64,000 nucleotides of DNA from an uncultured Candidatus Saccharibacteria bacterium (GCA_964562615.1 CAZLUD010000001.1:193072-257071); one strand, 5' to 3'. Positions 9,796-19,793 are shown, counted from the stretch's first letter. Program-made: numbers and translations. Notes: generated by a model not told the origin, from the sequence alone.

Positions 9796-11111
9796 TCGAG
9801 CGGCTTACTTCCTCGCGCAGTTTCCATTGAATGGTCAGGAAAAAAAGCATAAAAGGTACTTCCTTTGTTCTCTTCAGAAATAAACCAGGTCATGCCTCCG
9901 AGCTCATCGAGTATTTTTTTAACGATGTACAACCCAAGCCCAGTACCATCAACATCAAGCGTCCTAATGTTTTGTGCTCTGAACATCTTTTCATAGAGAC
10001 GAGACTTTTCTTGCACCGGCACGCCATACCCAGAATCAGTAACAGAAAGTAGTATGCCATTTGTTTTTATTGCATGGTCACCAACACATACTTCTCCTTC
10101 TTTCTTTTGCTCAAGACGAATCTCGATAACACTTGTGGGGTACGAATACTTAATGGCATTAGAAATAAAATTACTACACACTATCGATAACAAATTTTTG
10201 TCCGCGACTATATCATACTGTAGCTCGTCATCGATATGTGTTGTTACCGTCATACCCTTTTCCATAATAAGCGGCTGCATACTAACCACCACCTCATCCA
10301 CAAGAGCAGCAAGTGATAGTGTTACAGGTTCAATAGCAAAGGTACCAAGCTCAAGACGTGATACGTTTAACAGCGCATTAACAAGTGTCGTCATTTTTTG
10401 CGTGCTGTCATACGCCTCAGAGAGATACTTTTTTTGAGATGCTGAAATCTCTCCCGCATCACCCGCAAGGAGCATTTCAATGTACCAATTTGCAGTAGCG
10501 AGTGGTGTGCGTAATTGATGAGATGCAACAGAGACAAATTCTGTTTTTGCCGTATCTATTTGCTTTTCTTTTGTAATGTCTCTATCGATACCAACAAAAA
10601 ATTCGACATTGCCGTCATCATCATAAATCGGAGAAATGGTGGTGTGCGTTATGTACCGTTCTCCATTTTTTCTTTTGTTTTCGACTTCACCGATAAAACT
10701 ACGCTTTTGTGAAATAAGTCGTTCAAATACTCCTGCATAAAATACATGTGATGCTTCTGTCCCCCATAGCGATGTGTCTCCTGCCCGCCTTGAAAGCACC
10801 TCAACATTTGAAAATCCCGTTATCTCTTCAACCGCTCTATTGGCGTACGTTATCACTCCATGCGCATCAGTGATAATGATGTGGTCAGAGGCACTTTCAA
10901 CAGCGAGCTTAAATTTCTCTAAATCTTTAGCAATCTCAAGAGCCTTTTCCTTCTCAAGCTCCATATCATGGAGCACATTAGTAAGCGCACTGTATGAAGT
11001 AGCCAAATCTCTATGCTGTTTTTCTAGGCTATCGTCAGTGTGCATGTAGTAGAGGGTAATAAGAGCACTGCAACAGTCGGAACGTATTCCGACTGCGTGC
11101 GCTACTCTCAT
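9786..11111 (-). CDS. PAS-domain sensor histidine kinase
   Basis: The H-box HQLRTPLATANWYIEMLL is present, and the HATPase region contains GTGLGLYIVKKILDELGG. A PAS-like region lies upstream. The gene sits directly 5' of the pilin genes. Confidence 0.8.
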   Translation of the reverse strand: MRVAHAVGIRSDCCSALITLYYMHTDDSLEKQHRDLATSYSALTNVLHDMELEKEKALEIAKDLEKFKLAVESASDHIIITDAHGVITYANRAVEEITGFSNVEVLSRRAGDTSLWGTEASHVFYAGVFERLISQKRSFIGEVENKRKNGERYITHTTISPIYDDDGNVEFFVGIDRDITKEKQIDTAKTEFVSVASHQLRTPLATANWYIEMLLAGDAGEISASQKKYLSEAYDSTQKMTTLVNALLNVSRLELGTFAIEPVTLSLAALVDEVVVSMQPLIMEKGMTVTTHIDDELQYDIVADKNLLSIVCSNFISNAIKYSYPTSVIEIRLEQKKEGEVCVGDHAIKTNGILLSVTDSGYGVPVQEKSRLYEKMFRAQNIRTLDVDGTGLGLYIVKKILDELGGMTWFISEENKGSTFYAFFPDHSMETARGSKPLDCA

Positions 11112-11581
11112 TAACGAGTAACCTGTATTGTCTCATCTAGTTCTGCCTTAGGCGCGATTACTCTCACACGGTTACCAGATGTTGTCGCGATAGAATATCC
11201 GGTGCCATTAGTAAGAGTTGCTCCTTGAGGATCAGTAGGTAGTAGCGTGAGGTACGTCTCACCATCGGTGAGGTCACCCAAAAATACTAGCCCTCCTGAC
11301 GAACAAGTAGTAGATGCTACGCCCGATGCGCATATCTCAATTGGTGAACCATTTGAGGTAAACGGCAACTGTCCGTTTTCGTCGATTGCATACTGATACA
11401 CCGCATTGAGAATTGTGTTTACATCAGCCTTTCTCTGCGCGTTGCGAGTTTCCGCAAGTTGCTTAGATGGGTTGATTGCCACAATCACAATTGATGCAAG
11501 TATACCGATTGCTGCCACTACGAGAAGAATTTCAAGTAGGGTGAAGCCTCGATTTGTTATACGAGTATGTGCTGATTGCAT
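11111..11581 (-). CDS. Type IV pilin-like protein with prepilin-type N-terminal cleavage/methylation domain
   Basis: The N-terminal motif is RGFTLLEILLVVAAIGILASIVIVAINP (G-F-T-L-x-E class III signal). The first ~70 aa are nearly identical to the next ORF. Confidence 0.7.
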   Translation of the reverse strand: MQSAHTRITNRGFTLLEILLVVAAIGILASIVIVAINPSKQLAETRNAQRKADVNTILNAVYQYAIDENGQLPFTSNGSPIEICASGVASTTCSSGGLVFLGDLTDGETYLTLLPTDPQGATLTNGTGYSIATTSGNRVRVIAPKAELDETIQVTR

Positions 11582-11613
11582 AGTCCTCTGATGTTATCGG
11601 CTCACAATAAGGT

Positions 11614-12072
11614 CTATCGTCGTGCTTCGATTGTTTGACCTTGCTCTGCCTTTGGCGCATGTACCACCACACGACCACTTGAGGTGGTTGCAATAGAGTA
11701 ACCAGCACCACTAAGCACTACCCCACCTTGTGGATCAACAGGAACTGAAATGAGATATGTCTCTGCATCAGTAAGGGTACTTAGATCAACCAAACCTGAA
11801 CATGAGTTTGCCCCCGTTGCGCACACCTCGGTCAAAGTTCCAGTCGATGTGAAAGGAAGTCTACCCTCATTGTCAATCGCGTATTGGTATACGGCAGACA
11901 AGATGGTGTTAACGTCAGCGCGACGTTGCGCGTTGCGAGTTTCCGCAAGTTGCTTAGATGGATTAATAGCGACAATAACTATCGATGCAAGAATTCCGAT
12001 TGCTGCCACCACGAGAAGAATTTCAAGTAGGGTGAATCCGCGATTCTGCGTGCTTCGTGAAGAATTATTCAT
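11614..12072 (-). CDS. Type IV pilin-like protein, tandem paralog of 11111..11581
   Basis: Same N-terminal motif RGFTLLEILLVVAAIGILASIV. The first ~70 aa are near-identical to its neighbour, and the C-terminus diverges. Confidence 0.7.
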   Translation of the reverse strand: MNNSSRSTQNRGFTLLEILLVVAAIGILASIVIVAINPSKQLAETRNAQRRADVNTILSAVYQYAIDNEGRLPFTSTGTLTEVCATGANSCSGLVDLSTLTDAETYLISVPVDPQGGVVLSGAGYSIATTSSGRVVVHAPKAEQGQTIEARR

Positions 12073-12181
12073 GCTGAATATTTTTCTAATAATTGCTAAT
12101 AACCGGCTTATTATAGCGCCTTGTTGGTATAGACGCTAAAAAAACTGTGGATTACTTTTTATACAACCACGCACACTCTCT

Positions 12182-12553
12182 CTATTCTATGGTTATTGGG
12201 TTTGTTGAAATAAGCTTAATTTGAGCCGTTTTAACTATGTCGGACACGCTACTTGTCGCAAATAAATATGTACTCTCATTAATTGGTTTTACCATCACTA
12301 CACAATTACCGCCGCCAAATGCAAGAGTCTCCTCCCCGGTATAGGTTGCATGTTCTTTAATACGATACAAACCATGTTCAATACATGATTCGATAAGTTG
12401 TACTGCTTGCGCTTCATAATATGTATGCAGGCTCTGCCGTTCAGTATCTATACCTAACAATAGTATCGGGAGAGCAATCGCAACACCAATAGCACCAGCA
12501 ATCATTGTGGCAAACAACGTGATGTATCCTTGTTCATTCGTTCGAGTAGGCAT
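12182..12553 (-). CDS. Small membrane-anchored protein, possible atypical minor pilin or pilus accessory protein
   Basis: N-terminus QGYITLFATMIAGAIGVAIALPILLLG is a hydrophobic helix with no Glu at +5. The size and location inside the pilin cluster suggest a pilus role. Confidence 0.35.
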   Translation of the reverse strand: MPTRTNEQGYITLFATMIAGAIGVAIALPILLLGIDTERQSLHTYYEAQAVQLIESCIEHGLYRIKEHATYTGEETLAFGGGNCVVMVKPINESTYLFATSSVSDIVKTAQIKLISTNPITIE

Positions 12554-12558
12554 AGTAG

Positions 12559-13074
12559 TTATTGGCGTAATGCTGCAGTGCTTTGTAGTGTGTATTCTGT
12601 TTGTGTTGTATTAGCAAACATAGCACCCTTACGAAACGTAGTGGTCACATTCACTAGCCCAAGTGATGATGACGTTGCAGTGAAGAGTGCCGAAAACTCA
12701 CGTACCACGGTCTCAGGAGAAGTAATGCGCTCAGGTGCTAACGCGCTCTCACTTCTCCATATACCTGACGAAACAAATTCGTATTGTACCGTAGTACCAT
12801 CTTTTTGCTCTAGCACTAGCGTGCTACTAGTACTTAATATAGGTGGATCTAGCACTCGCCACGCCTTTTGTATGTCCTGAGTAATGAGTCGTTGTACCCT
12901 ATCCGCATCTTGAAATAGTTGTGACGTTTCTCTGTGTCGTAATTCTGCACGCATCATGCCGTATATATATGAAGATACCGCTCCTAACACCACTGTCATG
13001 ATGGTGAGGTACAGCATTGTTTCTACTAACGTAAATCCGCGTTGTTTATTCATAGGTGATGTGTACTGATTCAA
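12559..13074 (-). CDS. Pseudopilin or minor pilin with prepilin-type N-terminal domain
   Basis: The N-terminal motif is QRGFTLVETMLYLTIMTVVLGAV. Confidence 0.65.
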   Translation of the reverse strand: MNQYTSPMNKQRGFTLVETMLYLTIMTVVLGAVSSYIYGMMRAELRHRETSQLFQDADRVQRLITQDIQKAWRVLDPPILSTSSTLVLEQKDGTTVQYEFVSSGIWRSESALAPERITSPETVVREFSALFTATSSSLGLVNVTTTFRKGAMFANTTQTEYTLQSTAALRQ

Positions 13075-15844
13075 CGATAGGGGTAGATGATGCCGTATCT
13101 GTCATAAGAAGCATCCGATACTGCAACAATGTATTTGGACCAATTGCGCGAAGCGCATTTGGTATGGCGGCAGACCCATCACCCACCGTATACGGACCAT
13201 ACCAAGGACTAAAAAGTTCTGGGCTGTGCGCTGGTGCATACCTCACCATAAGAGACACAGATGTTGAAGCAGTAGACATCTCTTCCCACGCAATACTACG
13301 AATAGAGACTGTTTCTTTATTAGTATGATACCATCGTGAAGTAAACCAACCCTCCTTTGCATATAGTGGCTCCAATTCTTTTGGTGCAAGAATAAGTAAT
13401 TCTGCAGTATTGTTTTCGCAAGCAACAAACACCATTTGGTGGTATGTGGTAACCCCATTGCAATCACCTGCAGTGTTGTATGTTGATGCGATGGTCGGAT
13501 TTGTTGAAGACGCCACCGTAAGAGCAACAAATCCCGCAGCGTTGTTATTAGTAGCTACAAATACCGTAGGAAATAGTACGCTAATTCCTGTCACATCCTC
13601 TCCTATATTATATGTTCCCTTATAGCGTGGTGCCGTTATGGTAGAGATATCTACTATATGCATATCGCCTTCAGATGATGCATGATTAGTGCCAACATAT
13701 GCAGCGGTGTCAGTAACAGCAACTGAAGTAGCAGATAATGTCCCCGGTATATCCACCAATGCGGTTACCGTAGGTACTGCATGATTGGTTGCATCGAGCA
13801 CCGTCAATTCACTTGTATTGTGATCAGTTGCCAAAAAGAGAGTGGTATTTTGCACATCAATACCAAGCACATCCTCATTTACCTCATACCCCCCTATCTG
13901 CGTAAATGTGACAAAAGAAGGATTGGTGGTATTTGGAACAAGAGTATGGAGCTCATAGTTAAGTCCCGAAGAAGTGTTTTGTATTGTACCGACAAATAAT
14001 GTGGTGCCTACCACTCCTATTGCTCGTGCGTCTGAACCTGAATCAAGATTATAGTAACCAACTTTAATTATGTTGGTAGGATCCTTTACATATAAAACCA
14101 TTATCTCTTCTGAGTTATGTGATGTAGCAAGATATGCAAAATCTCCCACCACCACAACATCAAAGACACTTGCAGAAAGATTGAGTCCATCTAAATAAAG
14201 AGGGGTTGTTGGATCACTCACTTCATATACTGCTATATCCATACTTGCACCGGCATCAGTTCTGGTGACATAGGCAAGCGAGTCAACAACCTCAACATGC
14301 ACTGCGTTATCTGCGCTAACAATATCTTCCTTTGCTACTATGACCGGCTCTGCCCAACCACCTCGGCCAGCAGAAACAACACTCAATACTCCCTGCGCGC
14401 CGCCCGTTATCAAAAAACGTCCCGTCTTTATCATGGCATAGGGACTATAGGCATTCTCTACATCGATACTATCGGTACGGTAATCTGCCAAGGATACTAC
14501 CCTCACCTCGGCACCATATGATGATTCTTGCGCAATAAATAATCGCTCGTGCACATCATCATACGATAGTGACGTGATATTGGATGTGCCGTAATCAGTG
14601 TTTAGCAATTCTTCAACGTCGCTTGTTGGAGTGATTGGATGCTCAAATGAAAGCCCTATAACTCTATTAGTATCCATACCGATAAATACTTGATTCGTGT
14701 GTACACTAATCGCTCTTGCGTTTGGATTGTTTGCGTCACTGGGATTATACGTACGTACCACCTCACAGACCAACTCTGGACATTTTTTATAATCAACTAT
14801 CCATAGTTCGCTCTCATTATCTGTCGCAAGGTACGCGTACTCATCGGTAAGGGCTATTGCGCGAACCGCGTCACCAACCTCAACTGTGCCAAGTAATTCA
14901 CCTGTTTCTAAGTATACAAAAAATTCGCTCTCTACTTGTGTGGGCTTTCCTACCGCTACATACCCATCATGTTGGGCAATTGCTAGCGCACCCGCAGAGC
15001 CGGGTACATCAACGGGAGTAGTACTTGCGGTAGCTCGGTCAAACAACAGCATGTCTGCGTTTTGTGTATTAGTAGCGATAAATACGGTACTAGTTGCAAC
15101 AGCAAGCGAGCGAATACTATGTCCAATGTCATACTCGGCTATTGGGGTAAGTATCCCTTCTGATAGTGCCGCAATATCAAGAAGCGCAAGCTCTGGCGAG
15201 GTGACGCTCTCATCTCGTCCCACATAAAGATATGTTGCATCTGCCCCAAGAGCGCGTAATGATGCGCTACCAGGCAAGTCATGAGTATGAAAGGTAAAGC
15301 CCGTTTTCCAATCCCCTTCTTTTTCAAGAGAAATACTACCGTGTGATTCATCTACATATATAGAGTGTCTCTTACCCAAAGAAAACTCAGCGACAGTGGT
15401 ATCAATAAACGCAAGCATCCCGGATTGTACCCAATTGTAAAAGTAGGTAATAAGAGAAATCATTCGGGTGGCATATCCTCTCTCTTGCCAAGATACCGTG
15501 GCAGTAACTTGCTTGGTGTGCTCATCGTGTGATGCTATTTCAAGCGTACGGGTAAGTTGCTCGTGTACATCGGGAGGGCTATGCAATACATAGCCATCCG
15601 CCTCTACGGTTATACCGTAGGTGCCATCGACAAGATGAGAGAAGCCAGCTTCTCGTATATCGCGCGCAACCTCGATTGCCTGCGTGGCGAGCGCGGTTGC
15701 AGAGAGTCTATGCAATGAATCAGATGTGCTTTCTTCAGAGTACAGCAAGACCCCCGCAAAGACCGTGCTATATATAGCAAGAAGTGCCCCACTCAGTAGT
15801 ACCTCAACAATTGAAAATCCTCTTTCAGAATTACTCATACTCAT
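13046..15844 (-). CDS. Giant pseudopilin (932 aa) with a prepilin-type N-terminus fused to an LVIVD-repeat beta-propeller-like domain, a putative pilus-tip adhesin
   Basis: N-terminus ERGFSIVEVLLSGALLAIYSTVFAG. Over nine repeats of the LVIVD type are present, including YLATDNESELWIVDY, FLATDHNTSELTVLDATN, AYVGTNHASSEGDMHIVDIS, VFVATNNNAAGFVALTVAS and VFVACENNTAELLILAP. Confidence 0.7.
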   Translation of the reverse strand: MSMSNSERGFSIVEVLLSGALLAIYSTVFAGVLLYSEESTSDSLHRLSATALATQAIEVARDIREAGFSHLVDGTYGITVEADGYVLHSPPDVHEQLTRTLEIASHDEHTKQVTATVSWQERGYATRMISLITYFYNWVQSGMLAFIDTTVAEFSLGKRHSIYVDESHGSISLEKEGDWKTGFTFHTHDLPGSASLRALGADATYLYVGRDESVTSPELALLDIAALSEGILTPIAEYDIGHSIRSLAVATSTVFIATNTQNADMLLFDRATASTTPVDVPGSAGALAIAQHDGYVAVGKPTQVESEFFVYLETGELLGTVEVGDAVRAIALTDEYAYLATDNESELWIVDYKKCPELVCEVVRTYNPSDANNPNARAISVHTNQVFIGMDTNRVIGLSFEHPITPTSDVEELLNTDYGTSNITSLSYDDVHERLFIAQESSYGAEVRVVSLADYRTDSIDVENAYSPYAMIKTGRFLITGGAQGVLSVVSAGRGGWAEPVIVAKEDIVSADNAVHVEVVDSLAYVTRTDAGASMDIAVYEVSDPTTPLYLDGLNLSASVFDVVVVGDFAYLATSHNSEEIMVLYVKDPTNIIKVGYYNLDSGSDARAIGVVGTTLFVGTIQNTSSGLNYELHTLVPNTTNPSFVTFTQIGGYEVNEDVLGIDVQNTTLFLATDHNTSELTVLDATNHAVPTVTALVDIPGTLSATSVAVTDTAAYVGTNHASSEGDMHIVDISTITAPRYKGTYNIGEDVTGISVLFPTVFVATNNNAAGFVALTVASSTNPTIASTYNTAGDCNGVTTYHQMVFVACENNTAELLILAPKELEPLYAKEGWFTSRWYHTNKETVSIRSIAWEEMSTASTSVSLMVRYAPAHSPELFSPWYGPYTVGDGSAAIPNALRAIGPNTLLQYRMLLMTDTASSTPIVESVHITYE

Positions 15845-16307
15845 TATGTGCCTCAGTCACCCCATAACGATTTATTACAATAGTTCGTGAACCAAGTGAG
15901 GGCGGTACCAAGGTAATGGATGTAGGGGCAAACTCACGCATACGCGCAGACGAAAATTGAACCTCCCGCGCACCAGTGAGTCCGTATCGAGAACTAAATG
16001 AAATAACCTCATCAGCATGAGGGATTCTCTGTGCGTATGACGGCCCCGCATAGAGGGTAGTACTTGTTGCAGCAACATATACCCCCCACTCCCCCTCTCG
16101 TTTGTTTGAATACGCATATGCACTTGCCCGAGAAATCTGCTCGCGTATTGCTCCCTCCGCAACCTTACTATCTACCCGCTCAAGATACGAAAGATAGACT
16201 GGAGCCATGATTGAAATCATAAGCGCAAAAATACTTACTGAAAGCAGTAATTCTAGGACGGTAAATCCTTTTTGTCTTACGGGTGTTTTACCAGTATGCA
16301 TAGCCAA
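15831..16307 (-). CDS. Pseudopilin (GspH/FimT-like) with prepilin-type N-terminus
   Basis: The N-terminal motif is QKGFTVLELLLSVSIFALMISIMAPV. Confidence 0.65.
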   Translation of the reverse strand: MAMHTGKTPVRQKGFTVLELLLSVSIFALMISIMAPVYLSYLERVDSKVAEGAIREQISRASAYAYSNKREGEWGVYVAATSTTLYAGPSYAQRIPHADEVISFSSRYGLTGAREVQFSSARMREFAPTSITLVPPSLGSRTIVINRYGVTEAHNEYE

Positions 16308-16313
16308 ATGTAA

Positions 16314-17660
16314 TTACAGCTCTCCCTCTCCGGTGCTTGATTCACGTATATCACTTCTTTTTATCCATCCTTCAACTCCAGGTTTAACTATCACCCGTAT
16401 CCAGCTAGGAGTTACCTCGACGACATCGTATCCCACACTCATCTGCGCTCGTTGCATCACCTCTGTTTGCTCATCAGCAACTGCATATACCGGCACATCG
16501 TCAAACAATGTGTAGGCGATATCGCCAATAGGATTACCCTCCGTTACTGGTGCATTTGTCTTTGCTCCCATGTTAAGCCCACTCGTAAGATTGTATACCG
16601 GCAATATCACCGCAAACGCCACCGCAACAACTCCCGCCCATATGATAATAAGAAGTACCGGCTCAATGATGACAGAAAGATTTTTTGTCGCGATATCCGT
16701 ACGCTCTTCATACACCCTTCCTATGTGCATAAAGGTATCTGACAAGGTGCCTGAATTTTCTCCTGCGATAATGAGTTGCCCCACACTAGAAGGAATCAAT
16801 CGTTCGTACGAAGGGTACTCATCAAAAGCAAGCCGAAAGGTGTATCCGTTTTCAATTTGTGTTTCAAGATACGAATAAAATTCTTTATATGAAATAAACG
16901 TTGTCGCATCTTTAAGCGCGCGGATTGCTTCAACGAGCGTAAGACCGCTTGCAAGGAGGGTACCCATGATAAATCCGAGCCGTGACACCTCTATTTGTCG
17001 TACTATATTTTTAATGACCGGCAATCGCTGCATTATCATTTGCCCGATAAAACGAGTCTTTGAATACACAAACACAAAAAACATCGTGAGCGCGATAGTG
17101 ACAATAAATAACGGTACTGCGATTGTTCCGTACTTACTCAAAAATGTTCCAAAATCAATAAGTACCCTCGTAAGAAACGGGAGATCAAGTTGTAGTTGTT
17201 CAAACACAGTAGCGAGTCGTGGCAGAATAAGCCACGATATGCCAATGCCAATAACTAGTGTCACCCCAAGCACAAAGACTGGGTACATCATCGCGCTCTT
17301 TAACTTTGATTTAAACATTCTGTTCTTGCTTTGCGTGGTGACGACAAATTTAAGGTTATGACTTAATCGTCCATTCTCTTCACCTATTTTGACTATCGCA
17401 ACGACATACTCAGGAAATAACCCAGTACGAACTAACGCTTTCCAAAACGGAACGCCATTTTCGATATCTTCTCGTAGTCCAACAATAATTCGCTGCATGG
17501 TGCTACTCTTCATTTCTTTTTGCACCGCATCAACAGCTTGAATTACCCCCAACCCTGACGCGGTAAGGACCGAAAGGTTTTCAATAAAATAATCACGCTC
17601 CTCGCGTATACCAAGAGTTTCAAAAGGAAGCCGTTTGTGTGAGTATTCTGTATTATTCAT
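16314..17660 (-). CDS. pilC: Type IV pilus assembly protein PilC (GspF-family platform protein) with a C-terminal SH3-like extension
   Basis: Two T2SS-F repeats and three TM segments are present. An extra ~80 aa at the C-terminus, VYAVADEQTEVMQRAQMSVGYDVVEVTPSWIRVIVKPGVEGWIKRSDI, resembles SH3b. Confidence 0.85.
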   Translation of the reverse strand: MNNTEYSHKRLPFETLGIREERDYFIENLSVLTASGLGVIQAVDAVQKEMKSSTMQRIIVGLREDIENGVPFWKALVRTGLFPEYVVAIVKIGEENGRLSHNLKFVVTTQSKNRMFKSKLKSAMMYPVFVLGVTLVIGIGISWLILPRLATVFEQLQLDLPFLTRVLIDFGTFLSKYGTIAVPLFIVTIALTMFFVFVYSKTRFIGQMIMQRLPVIKNIVRQIEVSRLGFIMGTLLASGLTLVEAIRALKDATTFISYKEFYSYLETQIENGYTFRLAFDEYPSYERLIPSSVGQLIIAGENSGTLSDTFMHIGRVYEERTDIATKNLSVIIEPVLLIIIWAGVVAVAFAVILPVYNLTSGLNMGAKTNAPVTEGNPIGDIAYTLFDDVPVYAVADEQTEVMQRAQMSVGYDVVEVTPSWIRVIVKPGVEGWIKRSDIRESSTGEGEL

Positions 17661-17663
17661 GAA

Positions 17664-19346
17664 TTATTCTGCGCGTGACGGTGGCACTACACGCACAAGC
17701 TCAGCTATGGTGGTTTCTCCATGAAGAACTTTTTCCATGCCATTTTCAAACATGGATTGCGTACCTAAGGTACGTGCAAGTGTCCACACCTCATGCGCAT
17801 TAGGTGATGCGACAATACACTCCTGCATCTCTTTTCCTACAGGGATAAGCTCAAACACTCCCGTTCTTCCTGAGAATCCGCTATGGTTACATGCCTCGCA
17901 TCCTTTACCCTCATACGCAACCAAACTTTTTCCTTGTATCATGTTCGCTGCTTGTGGTGAAAGATTGGACACCTCTTCTTTGCTTATTTCTTTACTATAT
18001 TTACACTGCTCGCATATCCTTCTCACAAGCCGCTGCCCGATAACCAGCTCAAGGGTGGACGAAAGTAGAAATGACTCGATACCCATATCAAGAAGACGAG
18101 GTATTGCGGTAGCGGCATCATTTGCGTGAAAGGTAGAAAATAGCAAGTGCCCAGTAAGTGCGGCGTTAACCGCAATTTCTGCTGTCTCCTTATCACGGAT
18201 CTCGCCCACCAAAATAATATCCGGGTCTTGTCTCACAATCGACCGAAGTCCTTCAGCAAATGAGAGGTTGGTCTGATTATTTACCGACATATGATTAACT
18301 CCCTCTATTTTGTATTCAACCGGATCCTCAATGGTTGCAATGTTTATTTCTGGATTATTTAAAATCTTTATGAGTGAGTACAACGTGGTTGTCTTTCCTG
18401 AACCCGTAGGACCAGTTACCAAAATCATGCCGAATGGCTTTTTTGCGGCAGCAAGAAGAATTGTTTGGTGTGCATCAGATAGCCCAATATCACCAAGAGT
18501 AAAGTTACGAATATATGACGAAAGCACTCTAATTACCACTTTTTCTCCATCGATGAGTGGCAATATTGAGACGCGCAAATCCACCGATATGGTTGGTGTT
18601 CTAAATCGTATAGCTCCATCTTGCGCGGCACGATGTTCATCAGTTCGTAACCGTCCAAGTACTTTTATTCTGTTTAACACCGTCTCATACAAATCTTTAG
18701 GCAACCTTCCCGCTTCCTTTAATATGCCATCAATACGAAAACGAATGATCACCTCACCCTCTCGCGGTTCAAAGTGAATATCCGATGCTCTAAATACGAG
18801 CGCCTCTTCAACTATCTCTTCAATAAGCGTAGGGGCGATGCGTCTGTCTTTGGTTTCTATGATACTTGCAAATCGGGTCGAGAGCGCCTTTCTGTATTCA
18901 ATCAATATTGCGTCTATATCAATAGGAAGCGAAAATGCGAGTACTATTTTTTTCTGGGGAAAAAGCTCCTTTAGTGCACCTAGAAGTCCTCGGGCTTTTG
19001 GACTGTCTGTAGCAACCACATACTCGGTATCTCTTTTTTCAAAGAGTACTACCCTATACTTAACGGCAATCTCTTCTGGAATTTCTACAATCTGATCATG
19101 TGGTGGCTTGTGTGAGTTAAGGTCTGCATACACCACAGAAAAGTGCTCTGAAATCGCTTGACCGAGTAAGTCATTTGTAATGAGGTTCTCCTTATAAAGA
19201 TACTCAAGCGCGTGGGTATCCTCTTTTTCTGCAAAATCAAGTGCTTTCTGCTTATCTTCTAGAGCGATATAGTTTCCAGAAACTAAAATCGAAAGCATTT
19301 TTTCATCAGCAACATGTGTTGCCTTTCCAGACTTTTGTAGTGCCAT
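17664..19346 (-). CDS. pilB: Type IV pilus assembly ATPase PilB (GspE family)
   Basis: An N-terminal T2SSE_N-like domain is followed by the Walker A motif VTGPTGSGKTTTLYS. The C-terminus has the tetracysteine motif CEQC...CEAC. Confidence 0.9.
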   Translation of the reverse strand: MALQKSGKATHVADEKMLSILVSGNYIALEDKQKALDFAEKEDTHALEYLYKENLITNDLLGQAISEHFSVVYADLNSHKPPHDQIVEIPEEIAVKYRVVLFEKRDTEYVVATDSPKARGLLGALKELFPQKKIVLAFSLPIDIDAILIEYRKALSTRFASIIETKDRRIAPTLIEEIVEEALVFRASDIHFEPREGEVIIRFRIDGILKEAGRLPKDLYETVLNRIKVLGRLRTDEHRAAQDGAIRFRTPTISVDLRVSILPLIDGEKVVIRVLSSYIRNFTLGDIGLSDAHQTILLAAAKKPFGMILVTGPTGSGKTTTLYSLIKILNNPEINIATIEDPVEYKIEGVNHMSVNNQTNLSFAEGLRSIVRQDPDIILVGEIRDKETAEIAVNAALTGHLLFSTFHANDAATAIPRLLDMGIESFLLSSTLELVIGQRLVRRICEQCKYSKEISKEEVSNLSPQAANMIQGKSLVAYEGKGCEACNHSGFSGRTGVFELIPVGKEMQECIVASPNAHEVWTLARTLGTQSMFENGMEKVLHGETTIAELVRVVPPSRAE

Positions 19347-19376
19347 ACGGACAAACGGTTAACGTAGCGCCTCTCA

Positions 19377-19793
19377 CTATCGTGTAAGTATTGCTCTCTT
19401 AGTGTGTATTCTGCTAATTTCTGCCTTTTGGTGTGGGATATAGGTTTGTACTAATTCCACAATTTTATGAAGTGGCGTGTTTGATTTAATAAAATAGTCA
19501 CTTGCACCAAGCTCTCGAACTCGTGCGATATCTTCTCGCTGGCTTAAATTGCTACAGACAAGAATACGCACTCCCTTTTTTCCTAACACCTTAAGTACAG
19601 AGAACCCGTCCATGACCGGCATAACCAAATCGAGAATCACCACATCAAATTCGCTTGCTTCAAATGCCTCGATTCCTTGTTTGCCATTATGCGCAACCAC
19701 CACCTCATACCCCTCCCTCGTTAGCTTAAGCTCTAATGCGCGCGCCATAGGGCGCTCGTCATCCACTACCAAAATGCGGTAACTGTAAGCCAT
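19377..19793 (-). CDS. Single-domain response regulator (CheY-like receiver)
   Basis: ILVVDDERPMARALELKL...FDVVILDLVMPVMDGF carries the conserved Asp residues. It lies directly upstream of pilB. Confidence 0.8.
   Translation of the reverse strand: MAYSYRILVVDDERPMARALELKLTREGYEVVVAHNGKQGIEAFEASEFDVVILDLVMPVMDGFSVLKVLGKKGVRILVCSNLSQREDIARVRELGASDYFIKSNTPLHKIVELVQTYIPHQKAEISRIHTKRAILTR

Noticed and set aside
12182-12553. Calling this ORF a canonical pilin
   Set aside because: It has a hydrophobic N-terminal helix but lacks the G-F-T-L-x-E signature. I kept it only as a low-confidence pilus accessory protein.
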